From: Syntrophobacterales bacterium
GTDB lineage: Bacteria > Desulfobacterota > Desulfobaccia > Desulfobaccales > 0-14-0-80-60-11
Reading direction: 5' to 3'
Assembly: GCA_020060385.1 (NCBI GenBank)
Contig: JAGVAH010000157.1
Span: 4,586-68,585 of the forward strand
DNA length: 64,000 nucleotides
Position numbers and translations under genes: made by a program. The notes under the pieces were generated by a model. The model was given only the letters and a program-made list of their open reading frames with translations, ran no database searches and had not been told where the DNA came from. The stretch's first letter is position 1; the number at the start of each line of letters is the position of its first letter. Below are positions 53,036 through 63,074 of the stretch, one piece after another.

Positions 53036-54262
53036 ATGCGCATCGCCATTTTAACCAATGAATATCCGCCCCACATCTATGGGGGCGCGGGAGTGCACGT
53101 AAATTACCTCACCAAAGAATTGGCGGCCCTGGATGGGGGCCGGCACCAGATCGAGGTGCTCTGTTTCGGGGAGCAGCAGGAGACGGAGGCCAATATCAGG
53201 GTCCAGGGCCTCCGGGTGGACTTCCCTTTTCCCTCTCAGGGGCCGCAATCCAAAAAACTCCTGGATACCATCTTCCGGAACGTCCTGATGACCGGGACCC
53301 TGAAGGATGCTGACCTCATTCACTGCCACACCTGGTACACCCACCTGGCCGGTTGCCTCCTGAAGCAGCTCTTGGGCAAGCCCCTGGTCCTCACCACCCA
53401 TTCCCTGGAGCCACACCGCCCCTGGAAAGAGGAACAACTGGGCTCCGGCTACCACGTCAGCACCTGGATGGAAAAGACCGCGTACGAAAACGCGGACGGG
53501 GTCATCGCCGTGTCCCGGTCCATGGAAAAGGACGTCCAGGAACTCTACCGCGTCCCCCCGGACAAGATCCGCATCATTTACAACGGCATCGACGTGGAGC
53601 AGTATCAACCGACTTTCCGCCCCGAAGTCTTAAGGGGATACGGCATCGACCCGGAGCGGCCCTACATCCTCTTTGTGGGCCGCATCACCCACCAGAAGGG
53701 GATCATGCATCTCCTCAGGGCCGCGGAGTATCTCCGGGACGGCGTCCAGGTGGTGCTCTGCGCCACCGACCCGGATACCGAGGAACTGGGCCTGGAGGTG
53801 GACCGGCACATCGACGAACTCCAGGCCCAAAACGGCCGGGAGATCATCCATGTCTCCAGTTTTGTGCCTATGGAAGACATCATCCCCCTTTACAGCCAGG
53901 CCGCGGTCTTCGTCTGTCCCTCCATTTACGAACCCTTCGGGATCATCAACCTGGAGGCCATGGCCTGCGGCACCCCGGTGGTGGCCACCGCGGTGGGGGG
54001 CATCAAGGAGGTGGTGGCCCCCCGGGAAACGGGTATCCTGGTGCCCTTGATCCACCCCTGCCCCGGGGACCATGCGCCCCAGGCCGCGGGCGCACTGGCC
54101 CGGGACCTGGCCGCGGCCATCAATTCCCTCCTCGCCGATCCGGAAAAGAGGCGGATCATGGGGCAAAAGGCCCGGAAACGGGTGGAAGAGCTCTTCAGCT
54201 GGCGGGGAGTGGCCCGGCAAACCCTGGATTTCTATGAGGAAATAATAGAAAATAACAATTAA
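53036..54262 (+). CDS. glgA: GT4 glycogen synthase / alpha-maltose-1-phosphate synthase-like glucosyltransferase (GlgA/GlgM type)
   Basis: 408 aa: MRIAILTNEYPPHIYGGAGVHVNYLTKELA, EPFGIINLEAMACGTPVVATAVGGIKEVV. Resembles the actinobacterial-type short glycogen synthases. Adjacent to the GlgE-pathway genes. Confidence 0.8.
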   Translation: MRIAILTNEYPPHIYGGAGVHVNYLTKELAALDGGRHQIEVLCFGEQQETEANIRVQGLRVDFPFPSQGPQSKKLLDTIFRNVLMTGTLKDADLIHCHTWYTHLAGCLLKQLLGKPLVLTTHSLEPHRPWKEEQLGSGYHVSTWMEKTAYENADGVIAVSRSMEKDVQELYRVPPDKIRIIYNGIDVEQYQPTFRPEVLRGYGIDPERPYILFVGRITHQKGIMHLLRAAEYLRDGVQVVLCATDPDTEELGLEVDRHIDELQAQNGREIIHVSSFVPMEDIIPLYSQAAVFVCPSIYEPFGIINLEAMACGTPVVATAVGGIKEVVAPRETGILVPLIHPCPGDHAPQAAGALARDLAAAINSLLADPEKRRIMGQKARKRVEELFSWRGVARQTLDFYEEIIENNN

Positions 54263-54268
54263 AAGATT

Positions 54269-54378
54269 AACCACCAAGACACCAAGACACCAAGAATCAC
54301 AAAGATATGATTTTTCCTTAAGCGCTATAAGCGCCTAAGGAAAGAATATTACTTGGTGTATCTTTGTGTCTTTGTGGT
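54269..54378. repeat. CACCAAGA-type long hairpin element (copy 2) between convergent glgA and glgB
   Basis: aaccaccaagacaccaagacaccaagaatcacaaaga..ccttaagcgc-tata-agcgcctaagg..acttggtgtatctttgtgtctttgtggt. Near-collinear with 10791-10912. Confidence 0.8.
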
Positions 54379-54387
54379 AAATTTTTT

Positions 54388-56310
54388 TTATTGCTCACTG
54401 CTTGCTTTAAAGAAGACTATCCCCAGAGGCGGCAGGGAGAGGTTCAGGGAGTTGAAGCGCCCATGGAAAGGCAAAGGCGCGGCCTCCATCCCCCCCAGAT
54501 TGCCCTGGCCGCTGCCCCAGTAGTGGGGCGCGTCGCTGTTCAAAATCTCCTGCCAGAAGCCGCTTTTAGGGACCCCCACCCGATAATTATGATGGACCAC
54601 GGGCGTAAAGTTGGCCACCACCAGGATGATCTCCTGGGGGTTCCGCCCCTTCCTAAGAAAAGAGATGACGCTGTGGTCCACGTCGTTGCAGTCCACCCAC
54701 TCAAACCCCGCGGGGCTGAAATCATCCTCGTACAGGGCCGGTTCCTGCCGGTAGACCCGGTTTAGGTCCTCCACCCACCTTTGGGCGCCCTGGTGGGAGG
54801 GATATTCCAGCAAGTGCCAATCCAGGCTGGCTTCATGGTACCACTCCGACCACTGGGCGATCTCCCCCCCCATGAAGAGAAGCTTCTTGCCGGGCATGGC
54901 GTACATATAGCCCAGGAGCAAGCGCAGGTTGGCGAATTTCTGCCAGTCATCCCCCGGCATTTTGTTAAGCAGGGACCCCTTGCCATGGACCACTTCGTCG
55001 TGGGACAGGGGCAGGACGAAATTCTCATGAAAGGCGTAAAGCATACGAAAGGTCAGGGTGCCGTGGGCATACTTCCGGAAGATGGGATCATGGGAGAAGT
55101 ACTTCAAGGTGTCAAACATCCAGCCCATATCCCATTTCATGCCGAAGCCCAGGCCCCCCACGTAATTGGGCCGGGAAACCATGGGCCAGGAGGTGGATTC
55201 CTCGGCAAAGGTCTGGACGTCGGGATAGGCCTTATAGACTTCCTCATTGAATTTGCGCAGGAAATAGATGGCCTCCAGGTTCTCCTTGCCCCCGAAGGGA
55301 TTGGGGAGCCATTCCCCCTCCCGGCGGGAATAATCCAGATAGAGCATGGAGGCCACCGCGTCCAGGCGCAGGCCATCGATGTGGTATTTCTCCAGCCAGT
55401 AAAGGGCGCTGCTGATCAAGAAATTGCGCACCTCTGCACGGCCGTAATTAAAGATGAAGCTATGCCAGTCGGGGTGAAAACCCTGGCGGGGGTCGGCATG
55501 CTCGTAGAGGTGGGTGCCGTCAAAAAAGCCGGGCCCGTGTTCGTCCCCGGGAAAATGGGAGGGCACCCAATCCAGGATCACGCCGATGCCATGTTGGTGC
55601 AGATAGTCCACCAGGAACATGAAATCCTGGGGCGTGCCGTAACGGCTGGTGGCCGCGAAAAAGCCGGTGGTCTGGTAGCCCCAGGAGCCGTAAAAAGGGT
55701 GCTCCATGACCGGCAGGAATTCCACGTGGGTAAAGCCGGTCTGCTGAAGATATGCCGCCAGTTGGGGGGCCAATTCCCGGTAGGTGAGCCAGCGGTTGCC
55801 CTCATCGGGGACCCGCCGCCAGGAGCCCAGGTGCATTTCATAGATGGAGATGGGTCCATCCAGGGAGTTGCGCCGCTGGCGCTGCCCCATCCATTCCTGA
55901 TCGTTCCAGGCATAGTCCAGGTCCCAGACGATGGACGCGGTGCGGGGCGGTCCTTCAAAGGAAAAACCGAAGGCGTCCGCCTTATCCACCCGGTAACCCC
56001 GGTGCCGGGAGCGGATGTGGTATTTGTAGCAGACCCCCAGGCCCACTCCCGGGATGAATCCCTCCCAGATCCCCGACTGGCCCCGGGGGCTCAAGGGATG
56101 GGAGGATTTACTCCAGCGGTTGAAGTCGCCCATGACCGCCACCTGCTTGGCGTCCGGGGCCCAGACCGCGAAATAGGCCCCTGGCTCCCCCTCCGCCTCC
56201 AGCAGATGGGCTCCCAGCTTCTCATAGAGGCGGAAGTGGCTGCCTTCGTTGAAGAGGTAGAGATCGTCTTCGCTCAGCAGGGATATATCGTAGCGTACTT
56301 TATTCTTCAT
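54388..56310 (-). CDS. glgB: 1,4-alpha-glucan branching enzyme
   Basis: Start at ATG 56310 (GGGAGG upstream; the ORF-track extension to 56409 overlaps the treS end). GH13 motifs DWVPSHF, GLRLDAVASMLY, FAEESTSWP, LSHDEVVHGK. Confidence 0.95.
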   Translation of the reverse strand: MKNKVRYDISLLSEDDLYLFNEGSHFRLYEKLGAHLLEAEGEPGAYFAVWAPDAKQVAVMGDFNRWSKSSHPLSPRGQSGIWEGFIPGVGLGVCYKYHIRSRHRGYRVDKADAFGFSFEGPPRTASIVWDLDYAWNDQEWMGQRQRRNSLDGPISIYEMHLGSWRRVPDEGNRWLTYRELAPQLAAYLQQTGFTHVEFLPVMEHPFYGSWGYQTTGFFAATSRYGTPQDFMFLVDYLHQHGIGVILDWVPSHFPGDEHGPGFFDGTHLYEHADPRQGFHPDWHSFIFNYGRAEVRNFLISSALYWLEKYHIDGLRLDAVASMLYLDYSRREGEWLPNPFGGKENLEAIYFLRKFNEEVYKAYPDVQTFAEESTSWPMVSRPNYVGGLGFGMKWDMGWMFDTLKYFSHDPIFRKYAHGTLTFRMLYAFHENFVLPLSHDEVVHGKGSLLNKMPGDDWQKFANLRLLLGYMYAMPGKKLLFMGGEIAQWSEWYHEASLDWHLLEYPSHQGAQRWVEDLNRVYRQEPALYEDDFSPAGFEWVDCNDVDHSVISFLRKGRNPQEIILVVANFTPVVHHNYRVGVPKSGFWQEILNSDAPHYWGSGQGNLGGMEAAPLPFHGRFNSLNLSLPPLGIVFFKASSEQ

Positions 56311-56354
56311 GGTCCTCCCTATTGTGTCCCGGAAAAATCCTTGATCCCGGGATG

Positions 56355-59300
56355 TTAGTCGGCGGTTTTGAGAAGTTGCAGGATGCCCAAGAGGGGTATG
56401 TTCACCCATTCGGGGCGGTTGTTGAGTTCATAACCCAGCTCGTAGATCGCCTTTTCCAGGCACAGGGCGCTCAAAAGAATCTGCAGTTCTCCTGTCTCCC
56501 GGGGCAGGAAATCGGCGGGTCCGGCCAGGTCCAGGTAGGTCTTCAGATACACGGCTGACACCCAAATCTGCCAAAAGTTGGCCCACTGTTCCACCGCGGC
56601 GATGTCTTCCGGACGGATGGCCCGGGAATAGATGGCATGATACGCGGCATAATGAAAGGACCGCAGCATGCCGGCCACGTCTCTCAAGGCCGAGCGTTTG
56701 AGCCGCCTTTCGGTGAGAGACCGGGCCGGTTCCCCTTCAAAGTCGATGATAATGAAGTCTTTGCCGGTGAAGAGCACCTGGCCCAGGTGAAAATCGCCGT
56801 GTATTCTGATGCGGGTGGTGGCGATCCTGCGGTCCAACAAAGGGTGGAAGCTGTCGAAGACCTTGGCTTCCAGTTCCAGGACCTTTTTGGCCAAACCCAG
56901 CCCCTTTTCCGGCAGGTGCCTGAGCCGGGAGCGCATCAATTGGAAGGTGCGGGCGGTGAGATTGCGCATGGATTGGTAGATGGAGCGCTGGTAGAGTTTG
57001 GAGAAGGGCTCCGGGGCAAAATGGGGATCAGAGGTATGGGCGGCCAGGGCCGAGTGGAGTTCGGCGGTGCGTTCCCCCAGGAGCCGGGCCGATTCCAGGT
57101 AGGGGCCGATCATCTCCTGGGCCAGGGGGGGCACTTCCAGCTTGGTGAGTTCCACCAAAGGTCTTTGGGGGACTAAATCGGGTCCCAGTTCCGCCTGGGT
57201 GGCCAGGGCGGCCTCAAAGAAATGGCCCAGGACGTCCAGGGTGTATTTCCAGGCGTCTCCCTGATTGGGCACAAAGCCATGGAGAATGCCCAAAGTGATG
57301 GGCTTGCCATGGTAGGGTTGGTACTCCAGGGCTCCGGCCACCGGCGGGCTGTGGGCAAAGGAACTCTTCTCCGTCAGGAAGAGACCTATTTCCAGATCCA
57401 GGTTCACCCCCTCCTCCACCCGGCGCAGCATTTTCAGGATGAGCCAGTCCCCGAAGACGATGGAGGTATTGCTCTGCTCGGCCTTCATGATGGCGGAAGA
57501 AAGGGGCGGTTTCATGAGGCGCTGGATATGGCGAAAGGCATGAGTGGTCCTGGCCGTGAGCTCTCCCAAAGTCCCTTTGAAATGACGGCGGCGGATGATG
57601 CTTTCCAATAGGGCCTGATGCAAGCTGCTTTCCCCCACCGCCTCATAGAGAATCCCCGCCTGGCCCGGGCCCTGAAGAAGGGCCACCACAGCCTGGGGGG
57701 ATTCCTCCTGCACCTGGGAAGCCCGTTCCCCCAAAGCTAAGGCCAGAGGCAGGACATAGGTTTCCGGTTCCCCGTCCACATAACTCACCCGGGCCAGGGT
57801 GAAATAGGCCACCCGCTGGTCATAAGGGAAAGGGATCACCTCGGTGATGGTGGCGGACTTGATACTCCGGGCCTTGCCTCCGAACCAGCGGCATCTGGTG
57901 AGATAAGGGGGAATCAAGGCCGCCAGATTCTCCCGGTTCTTGTTCCGGAAGAGTTCCTCCGCCGGGCCGCTTAAGGAAAAGGTGGGGACCCGGGCTTCCC
58001 GGGGGGTGAGTTGGATTTCCAGTGGAGGAGGTTCTTGTAAGGAGAACCAGTAAGTGGAATGGGGCCCCATGGTCAACAGGTAGGGATGCTCGCGGATGGG
58101 GGGAAAGGGGGTCTGGGCGATCACCTCCGTGGGCACCAGGCCCTGGTGGGCGGAGAGATCCAGTTCCACGTACTGGACGAACCGGGAAAGATTGTTCACC
58201 ACCAGCATGCACTCGTCTTGATGGCAGCGCAAAAAGGCCAGGACCTTGTTATTCTCCGGGAAGAGGAACTCGATGGACCCCCGGCTCAGGGCCTTATGCT
58301 GCTTTCTCAAGGCAATTAGGCGCTTCATGAACCACAGCAGGGAATGGGGATTATTCTGCTGGGCCTCCACATTGATGGACTCGTAATGGTATTCCGGATC
58401 AATGTTCACCGGCAGATAGAGCCGCTGGGAATTGGCCCGGGAGAAGCCGGCGTTGCGGTCCGCGCTCCACTGCATGGGGGTGCGCACCCCGTCCCGGTCC
58501 CCCAGAAAGATATTGTCCCCCATGCCGATCTCATCGCCGTAATAGAGGACCGGCGTGCCGGGCATGGCAAAGAGGAGGGACTTCATCAGTTCGATGCGCC
58601 GGCGGTGGTTTCCCAAAAGAGGCGCCAGGCGGCGGCGGATGCCCAGGTTGATGCGGGCCTGGGGGTCCTGGGAATAGACCCGGTACATGTAGTCCCGCTC
58701 CTCGTCGGTGACCATCTCCAGGGTGAGTTCGTCGTGATTCCTTAAGAACAGGGCCCACTGGCAAGCGGGGGGAATCTGGGGGGTCTGCTGCAGGATGTCG
58801 ATGATGGGGAAGCGGTCCTCCATGCGCAGGGCCATGAACATCCGGGGCATGAGTGGAAAATGGAAGGCCATGTGGCATTCGTCACCCTTCCCGAAGTAGG
58901 CCGCGGCATCCTCCGGCCACTGGTTGGCCTCCGCCAGGAGCATGCGGTTTTTGAACCTGGCGTCCACATGGGCCCGGAGCTCTCTTAAAAACGCGTGGGT
59001 CTCCGGCAGGTTCTCGCAGTTGCTGCCGTCCCGCTCATAAAGATAGGGCACTGCATCCAGGCGCAGGCCATCCACCCCTAAACTCAGCCAAAAATCGAGA
59101 ACCCGGAAGAGCTCCCGGCGCACGTCCGGGCTGTCGAAATTGAGGTCCGGCTGATGGGAGTAAAAGCGGTGCCAGTAATAGGCCCGGGCCACCGGGTCCC
59201 AGGCCCAGTTGGAGGACTCGAAATCCTGGAAGATGATGCGGGCCTCTTGATACTTTTTGGGGGTGTCGCTCCAGACGTAATACTGGCGGTGGCGGCTCCC

Positions 59301-59690
59301 CGGCGCGGCCCGGCGGGCCCGCTGGAACCAGGGGTGCTGGTTGGAGGTATGGTTGATCACCAACTCGGTGATGACCTTCAAGCCCCGGTACTTGGCTTCC
59401 CTTAAAAAAGCCTTGAATTCCCGCAAGGTCCCGTATTTCTCGTGGATGCCCCGGTAGTCGGCGATATCGTAGCCGTCGTCCCTTAAGGGGGACGGGTAAA
59501 AGGGCAGGAGCCAGATGGCGGTGATGCCTAAGTCCTGGAGGTAATCCAGCTTCTCGGTGAGCCCCCGGAAATCGCCAATCCCGTCCGTATGGCCGTCGTA
59601 AAAGGAGCGGACGTGGAGCTCGTAGATGATGGCGTCCTGATACCACAGGGGATCATCGGCTATTTTGGTTAAGTAATTGCTTTTGCTCAT
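56355..59690 (-). CDS. treS: Trehalose synthase (maltose alpha-D-glucosyltransferase) fused to maltokinase (TreS-Pep2/Mak)
   Basis: 1,111 aa. N-terminal GH13: DLGITAIWLLPFYPSPLRDDGYDI, GVDGLRLDAVPYL, LLAEANQWPED, FLRNHDELTLE. C-terminal kinase-like ~450 aa: IRIHGDFHLGQVLFTGKDFIIIDFEGEP. Confidence 0.9.
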   Translation of the reverse strand: MSKSNYLTKIADDPLWYQDAIIYELHVRSFYDGHTDGIGDFRGLTEKLDYLQDLGITAIWLLPFYPSPLRDDGYDIADYRGIHEKYGTLREFKAFLREAKYRGLKVITELVINHTSNQHPWFQRARRAAPGSRHRQYYVWSDTPKKYQEARIIFQDFESSNWAWDPVARAYYWHRFYSHQPDLNFDSPDVRRELFRVLDFWLSLGVDGLRLDAVPYLYERDGSNCENLPETHAFLRELRAHVDARFKNRMLLAEANQWPEDAAAYFGKGDECHMAFHFPLMPRMFMALRMEDRFPIIDILQQTPQIPPACQWALFLRNHDELTLEMVTDEERDYMYRVYSQDPQARINLGIRRRLAPLLGNHRRRIELMKSLLFAMPGTPVLYYGDEIGMGDNIFLGDRDGVRTPMQWSADRNAGFSRANSQRLYLPVNIDPEYHYESINVEAQQNNPHSLLWFMKRLIALRKQHKALSRGSIEFLFPENNKVLAFLRCHQDECMLVVNNLSRFVQYVELDLSAHQGLVPTEVIAQTPFPPIREHPYLLTMGPHSTYWFSLQEPPPLEIQLTPREARVPTFSLSGPAEELFRNKNRENLAALIPPYLTRCRWFGGKARSIKSATITEVIPFPYDQRVAYFTLARVSYVDGEPETYVLPLALALGERASQVQEESPQAVVALLQGPGQAGILYEAVGESSLHQALLESIIRRRHFKGTLGELTARTTHAFRHIQRLMKPPLSSAIMKAEQSNTSIVFGDWLILKMLRRVEEGVNLDLEIGLFLTEKSSFAHSPPVAGALEYQPYHGKPITLGILHGFVPNQGDAWKYTLDVLGHFFEAALATQAELGPDLVPQRPLVELTKLEVPPLAQEMIGPYLESARLLGERTAELHSALAAHTSDPHFAPEPFSKLYQRSIYQSMRNLTARTFQLMRSRLRHLPEKGLGLAKKVLELEAKVFDSFHPLLDRRIATTRIRIHGDFHLGQVLFTGKDFIIIDFEGEPARSLTERRLKRSALRDVAGMLRSFHYAAYHAIYSRAIRPEDIAAVEQWANFWQIWVSAVYLKTYLDLAGPADFLPRETGELQILLSALCLEKAIYELGYELNNRPEWVNIPLLGILQLLKTAD

Positions 59691-59711
59691 ATTCCCTAAT
59701 GCCCTGCAAAA

Positions 59712-59745
59712 AAAGTTTAAAGTTCAAGGTTCAAAGTTCAAGGTC
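59712..59745. repeat. GTTCAARG array (left arm) in the glgE-treS spacer
   Basis: aaagtttaaagttcaaggttcaaagttcaaggtc. The partner arm is at 60020-60038. Confidence 0.8.
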
Positions 59746-59776
59746 TAATACCAAGTTGCGGTCAAACCAGTAATTT

Positions 59777-59849
59777 TGTCATTCTGAGCGCAGCGAAGAA
59801 TCTCAAAATACGAGATTCTTCACTCCGCTCCGCTCCGTTCAGAATGACA
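59777..59849. repeat. GTCATTCTGAGCG-type palindromic MITE-like element (copy 3, 73 bp)
   Basis: tgtcattctgagcgcagcgaagaatctcaaaatacgagattcttcactccgctccgctccgttcagaatgaca, itself flanked by taataccaagttgc / gcaacttggtata inverted repeats. Confidence 0.75.
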
Positions 59850-60019
59850 GCTAAAAAATACTTCTTTGATGGCAACTTGGTATAAACCGCGGCTCCGAAA
59901 ATTTTAATGACTTATGGATAAGCCTGTGGCTAATGAATGACTGGGTATATTTATTATTGAAAATAGATTTTTCCGAGAGAATATCAATACCGACAAGGAT
60001 ATTCCTTCCAGGGCTAGCA

Positions 60020-60038
60020 CCAACTTTGAACCTTGAAC
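60020..60038. repeat. CTTTGAAC array (right arm)
   Basis: caactttgaaccttgaac, 4 nt upstream of the glgE stop codon; reverse complement of the 59712-59745 type. Confidence 0.7.
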
Positions 60039-60041
60039 TAT

Positions 60042-62084
60042 TTAGAGGTAATAATCAAAATCCCGTTCCGTGCGCACCCGGCGCCGCAGCCGGAAGATGT
60101 AGGCCGGGGCCACCCTGGGGTCCAACTCCACGTAGTTTTTGGGGCCATGCCAGAGAAAGCGGGCCTCCCCCAGGAGATCGTGCACCTGGTAAGGCTGGCC
60201 GGGGTCCAGGCCCAGTTCCCCCATAGGCAGTTCCAGCCAGCCCCCCTGGGTGTGGTGGGGGTCCAGGTTCACCACCACCAGGATGGTGTTGGCCAGGTCT
60301 TCGGAAAATTTGGTATAGCAGATGAGCTGCTCATTATCCACGGGGTAGAAATGCAGGTTCCAGTCCTGGTGCAACGCGGGATTTTCCCGGCGGATGCGGT
60401 TCACCCGGGCGATGAAGTCCTTCAGGCTGTCGGGCCTTTTGATATCCCAGTGCCTGATCTCATATTTTTCGGAGTCCAGGTATTCCTCGCTGCCCGGCTC
60501 CCGGGGGCGGGTCTCCCAGAGTTCGAAGGCCGGGCCATAGATGCCGTAGCTGGCCCCCAGGGTGGCCGCCAGCACCAGGCGGATCATGAACGCGGGGCGG
60601 CCGCCGAACTGCAGGTATTCGGTGAGGATGTCCGGGGTGTTGGGCCAGAGGTTGGGCCGGAAATACTCCCGCACTTCGGTGCGGGTGAGTTCCGTGAGAT
60701 ACTGGCTCAGCTCCCACTTGGTGTTGCGCCAGGCGAAGTAGTTGTAGGATTGGGAAAACCCCAATTTGGCCAGGCGGTACATCACCTTGGGCCGGGTGAA
60801 GGCCTCCGCCAGAAAAAAGACCTCCGGATAGTCCTTCTTGATGTCGCTGATGAGCCATTCCCAGAAATGGAAGGGCTTGGTGTGGGGGTTATCCACCCTA
60901 AAGATGCGCACCCCCTGCTCGATCCAAAAGAGCACGATGCCCTTGAATTCCTCCCAGAGCTCCTGCCAATCCTCAGTCTCAAAATCAAAAGGATAGATGT
61001 CTTCATACTTCTTGGGGGGGTTTTCCGCATATTGCACGGTATTGTCCGGGCGCCAGCGGAACCAGTTGGGGTGCTCCTGGACATAAGGGTGGTCCGGGGA
61101 GCCCTGGTAGGCCAGGTCCAGGGCTATGGCGATATTATTCTCCCGGGCTTTCTCCACTAGCTGACCAAATTCCTCCAGGGTCCCCAAATCCGGGTGCACC
61201 GCCTTATGCCCCCCTGCCGCGGCGCCGATGGCCCAGGGGGAACCCACGTCCCCGGGGGCGGCCACCGGGTTGTTGTTCTTGCCCTTGCGATTGGTGACCC
61301 CGATGGGGTGGATGGGGGGCAGATAGAGAACGTCGAAACCCATGCCGGCGATGTATGGGAGGCGGGCCTCACAGTCTTTAAAGGTGCCGTGGGGTCCCGG
61401 TTCACTGGCCGCGGAGCGGGGGAACATTTCATACCAGGTGCTGTAGCGGGCCTTCACCGGGTCCACCACCACGGCCAGGTTTTTGTCATAGACAGTGATG
61501 AAACGCTTATCCGGGTAGCGGCCCATGATCTCGGTTAATTCCGGGTCCTGGGCCGCTGCGAGTTTTTCCTCCAGGGATCCCTGGCCCCGGAGAATTTTGG
61601 CCCTTTCCCCCAGTTTTTTGGCGGCGGACTTGTTTCCGCGAGCCTGGGCCTCTTCTATCAACCCGGCCCCCACCAGCAGCTCAATGGCCACGTCCTGGCC
61701 CGCGTCCACCCTTTTGGCGAGATTCCGCTGCCAGGTGCGGAAACGGTCCACCCAGGCGGCAATGGCGTAGCGGTAGCGGCCCACCTCCCGCACCGGGAAC
61801 TCCCCTTGCCAGCGGTCATTGACCAGGGGCTGCATGGACGCAGCCTGCCAGTCCGGGTCCTGCTCCCGGCGGTACAGGAGTTGGGCGGCAATGACTTCAT
61901 GGCCGTCGGTGACGATATCTGCTTCCACCTTGACCTTTTCGCCCACAGTGCGTTTAATGGGAAAGCGGCCGCCGTCGATTTCGGGTTTCACCCCCTCGAT
62001 GACCACCCTTTTTCTGGCTTTGCCGGTTTGCCAGGTCTCTTGTCTGGGCCGGGGCAAGATCACATCCTCCTTGCTTCCATGCAT
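60042..62084 (-). CDS. glgE: Alpha-1,4-glucan:maltose-1-phosphate maltosyltransferase
   Basis: Start at ATG 62084 (MHGSKEDV..VVIEGVKPEIDGGRFPIKR, typical GlgE N-terminus). RIFRVDNPHTKPF, FLAEAFTRPKV, FRPNLWPNTPDIL. Confidence 0.9.
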   Translation of the reverse strand: MHGSKEDVILPRPRQETWQTGKARKRVVIEGVKPEIDGGRFPIKRTVGEKVKVEADIVTDGHEVIAAQLLYRREQDPDWQAASMQPLVNDRWQGEFPVREVGRYRYAIAAWVDRFRTWQRNLAKRVDAGQDVAIELLVGAGLIEEAQARGNKSAAKKLGERAKILRGQGSLEEKLAAAQDPELTEIMGRYPDKRFITVYDKNLAVVVDPVKARYSTWYEMFPRSAASEPGPHGTFKDCEARLPYIAGMGFDVLYLPPIHPIGVTNRKGKNNNPVAAPGDVGSPWAIGAAAGGHKAVHPDLGTLEEFGQLVEKARENNIAIALDLAYQGSPDHPYVQEHPNWFRWRPDNTVQYAENPPKKYEDIYPFDFETEDWQELWEEFKGIVLFWIEQGVRIFRVDNPHTKPFHFWEWLISDIKKDYPEVFFLAEAFTRPKVMYRLAKLGFSQSYNYFAWRNTKWELSQYLTELTRTEVREYFRPNLWPNTPDILTEYLQFGGRPAFMIRLVLAATLGASYGIYGPAFELWETRPREPGSEEYLDSEKYEIRHWDIKRPDSLKDFIARVNRIRRENPALHQDWNLHFYPVDNEQLICYTKFSEDLANTILVVVNLDPHHTQGGWLELPMGELGLDPGQPYQVHDLLGEARFLWHGPKNYVELDPRVAPAYIFRLRRRVRTERDFDYYL

Positions 62085-62540
62085 GATTAGTATTGGAGAT
62101 CTTGAAAAATGACTAAAAAATATCAAGAAATAGGAGAAGAGGGCTCAGCCGGAACTGAGGAATTTGAAGCCACAGATTATGGCATTTTAACTCAAAAGCA
62201 GGGAAAATTCAAATCCATCCGGAATGCTACCTTTATCCAGTAGATTACCAACCCCAAACCCTTCTTTTTAAATCACTGGAGGTGAGTTTAGCGATATAAC
62301 CATAATTATATTTGCGGGTGAAGGGAAAAGCAGGCAGACCTTTCACTGAGCCGCGCTCCACTGGTATAACTGGAAAGCAAGAAGGGGCATTATCTTACTT
62401 AAAAATCTTAATGTATAGATTACTGATAGATATAGTTAAATAACAACGGGGCAATGGTGAGGTGATATCCTATACCATTTCCCGGCAATCTGTCTGCCCT
62501 CTGACCGGTAAAGACCAGAAGAAAGGGGGAGATGATGAAA

Positions 62541-62574
62541 AAGGGCCGCAAGCCCGGCTTTCGGCCCTTTTTTC
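62541..62574. terminator. Bidirectional Rho-independent terminator
   Basis: GGGCCG (62543-62548) / CGGCCC (62562-62567), flanked by an A-run upstream and TTTTTT downstream. Lies just after the minus-strand lipoprotein gene. Confidence 0.6.
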
Positions 62575-62595
62575 CTTGTTGGCAGATTTTTAGTC

Positions 62596-63015
62596 TTAGT
62601 CCGCGGCCGCTAAACCCAGGTGGTGCATGATGCGGCGGTGGAAATAGGCGGAAGCGTCCTGGTTGCCCATCAGGCCGAAGCGTACTTTGACAGTGGTGAT
62701 CTGGTTGGGCCTGGCCAATAATTGGATCTTGACGGTGGTGTCGGGAGGCTGCACCGCTTCAATGCGGGAGTCCATGGGGTTATATTGCTGGGAGGCAATT
62801 TTCAGGCGCAGGTCTTTGCAAGCAGCCAGGGCGGCGTTGAAGGTCTCTTGCATGGGACGGGGGTAATCCTTTTCCATGGTCCCCTCCATCCATTTATACG
62901 CGCCGATGGCCCCAGTGGCGCCCGCGCTGATCAACATGGTCTCCAAACAGGCAGAGGTGCAGAGCAGCGCCACCAGCAGTCCAGCCAGCCTTACCCGCCA
63001 TTTGTTCTGCATCAT
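62596..63015 (-). CDS. DUF3568-like lipoprotein
   Basis: Start at ATGATG 63015 (GGGGAGA upstream): MMQNKWRVRLAGLLVALLCTSAC lipobox, then GATGAIGAYKWMEGTMEKDYP. My family assignment is from memory. Confidence 0.6.
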   Translation of the reverse strand: MMQNKWRVRLAGLLVALLCTSACLETMLISAGATGAIGAYKWMEGTMEKDYPRPMQETFNAALAACKDLRLKIASQQYNPMDSRIEAVQPPDTTVKIQLLARPNQITTVKVRFGLMGNQDASAYFHRRIMHHLGLAAAD

Positions 63016-63074
63016 TTTTCTCCCCCTTTTCTGGGCGATCTTGCTCTGTCTTATGCCATGATTTTCACGGAGTG

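Noticed and set aside
62190-62215. tRNA-like T-loop (GGGAAAATTCAAATCCATCC) in the AT-rich region upstream of glgE
   Set aside because: The flanking sequence cannot form a T-stem, acceptor stem or anticodon arm, so there is no cloverleaf.
62527-62630. 33-codon ORF (MMKKGRKPGFRPFFPCWQIF..) with a GGGGGAG SD-like sequence
   Set aside because: It is encoded by the bidirectional terminator hairpin itself and overlaps the 3' end of the minus-strand lipoprotein gene. Most likely fortuitous.
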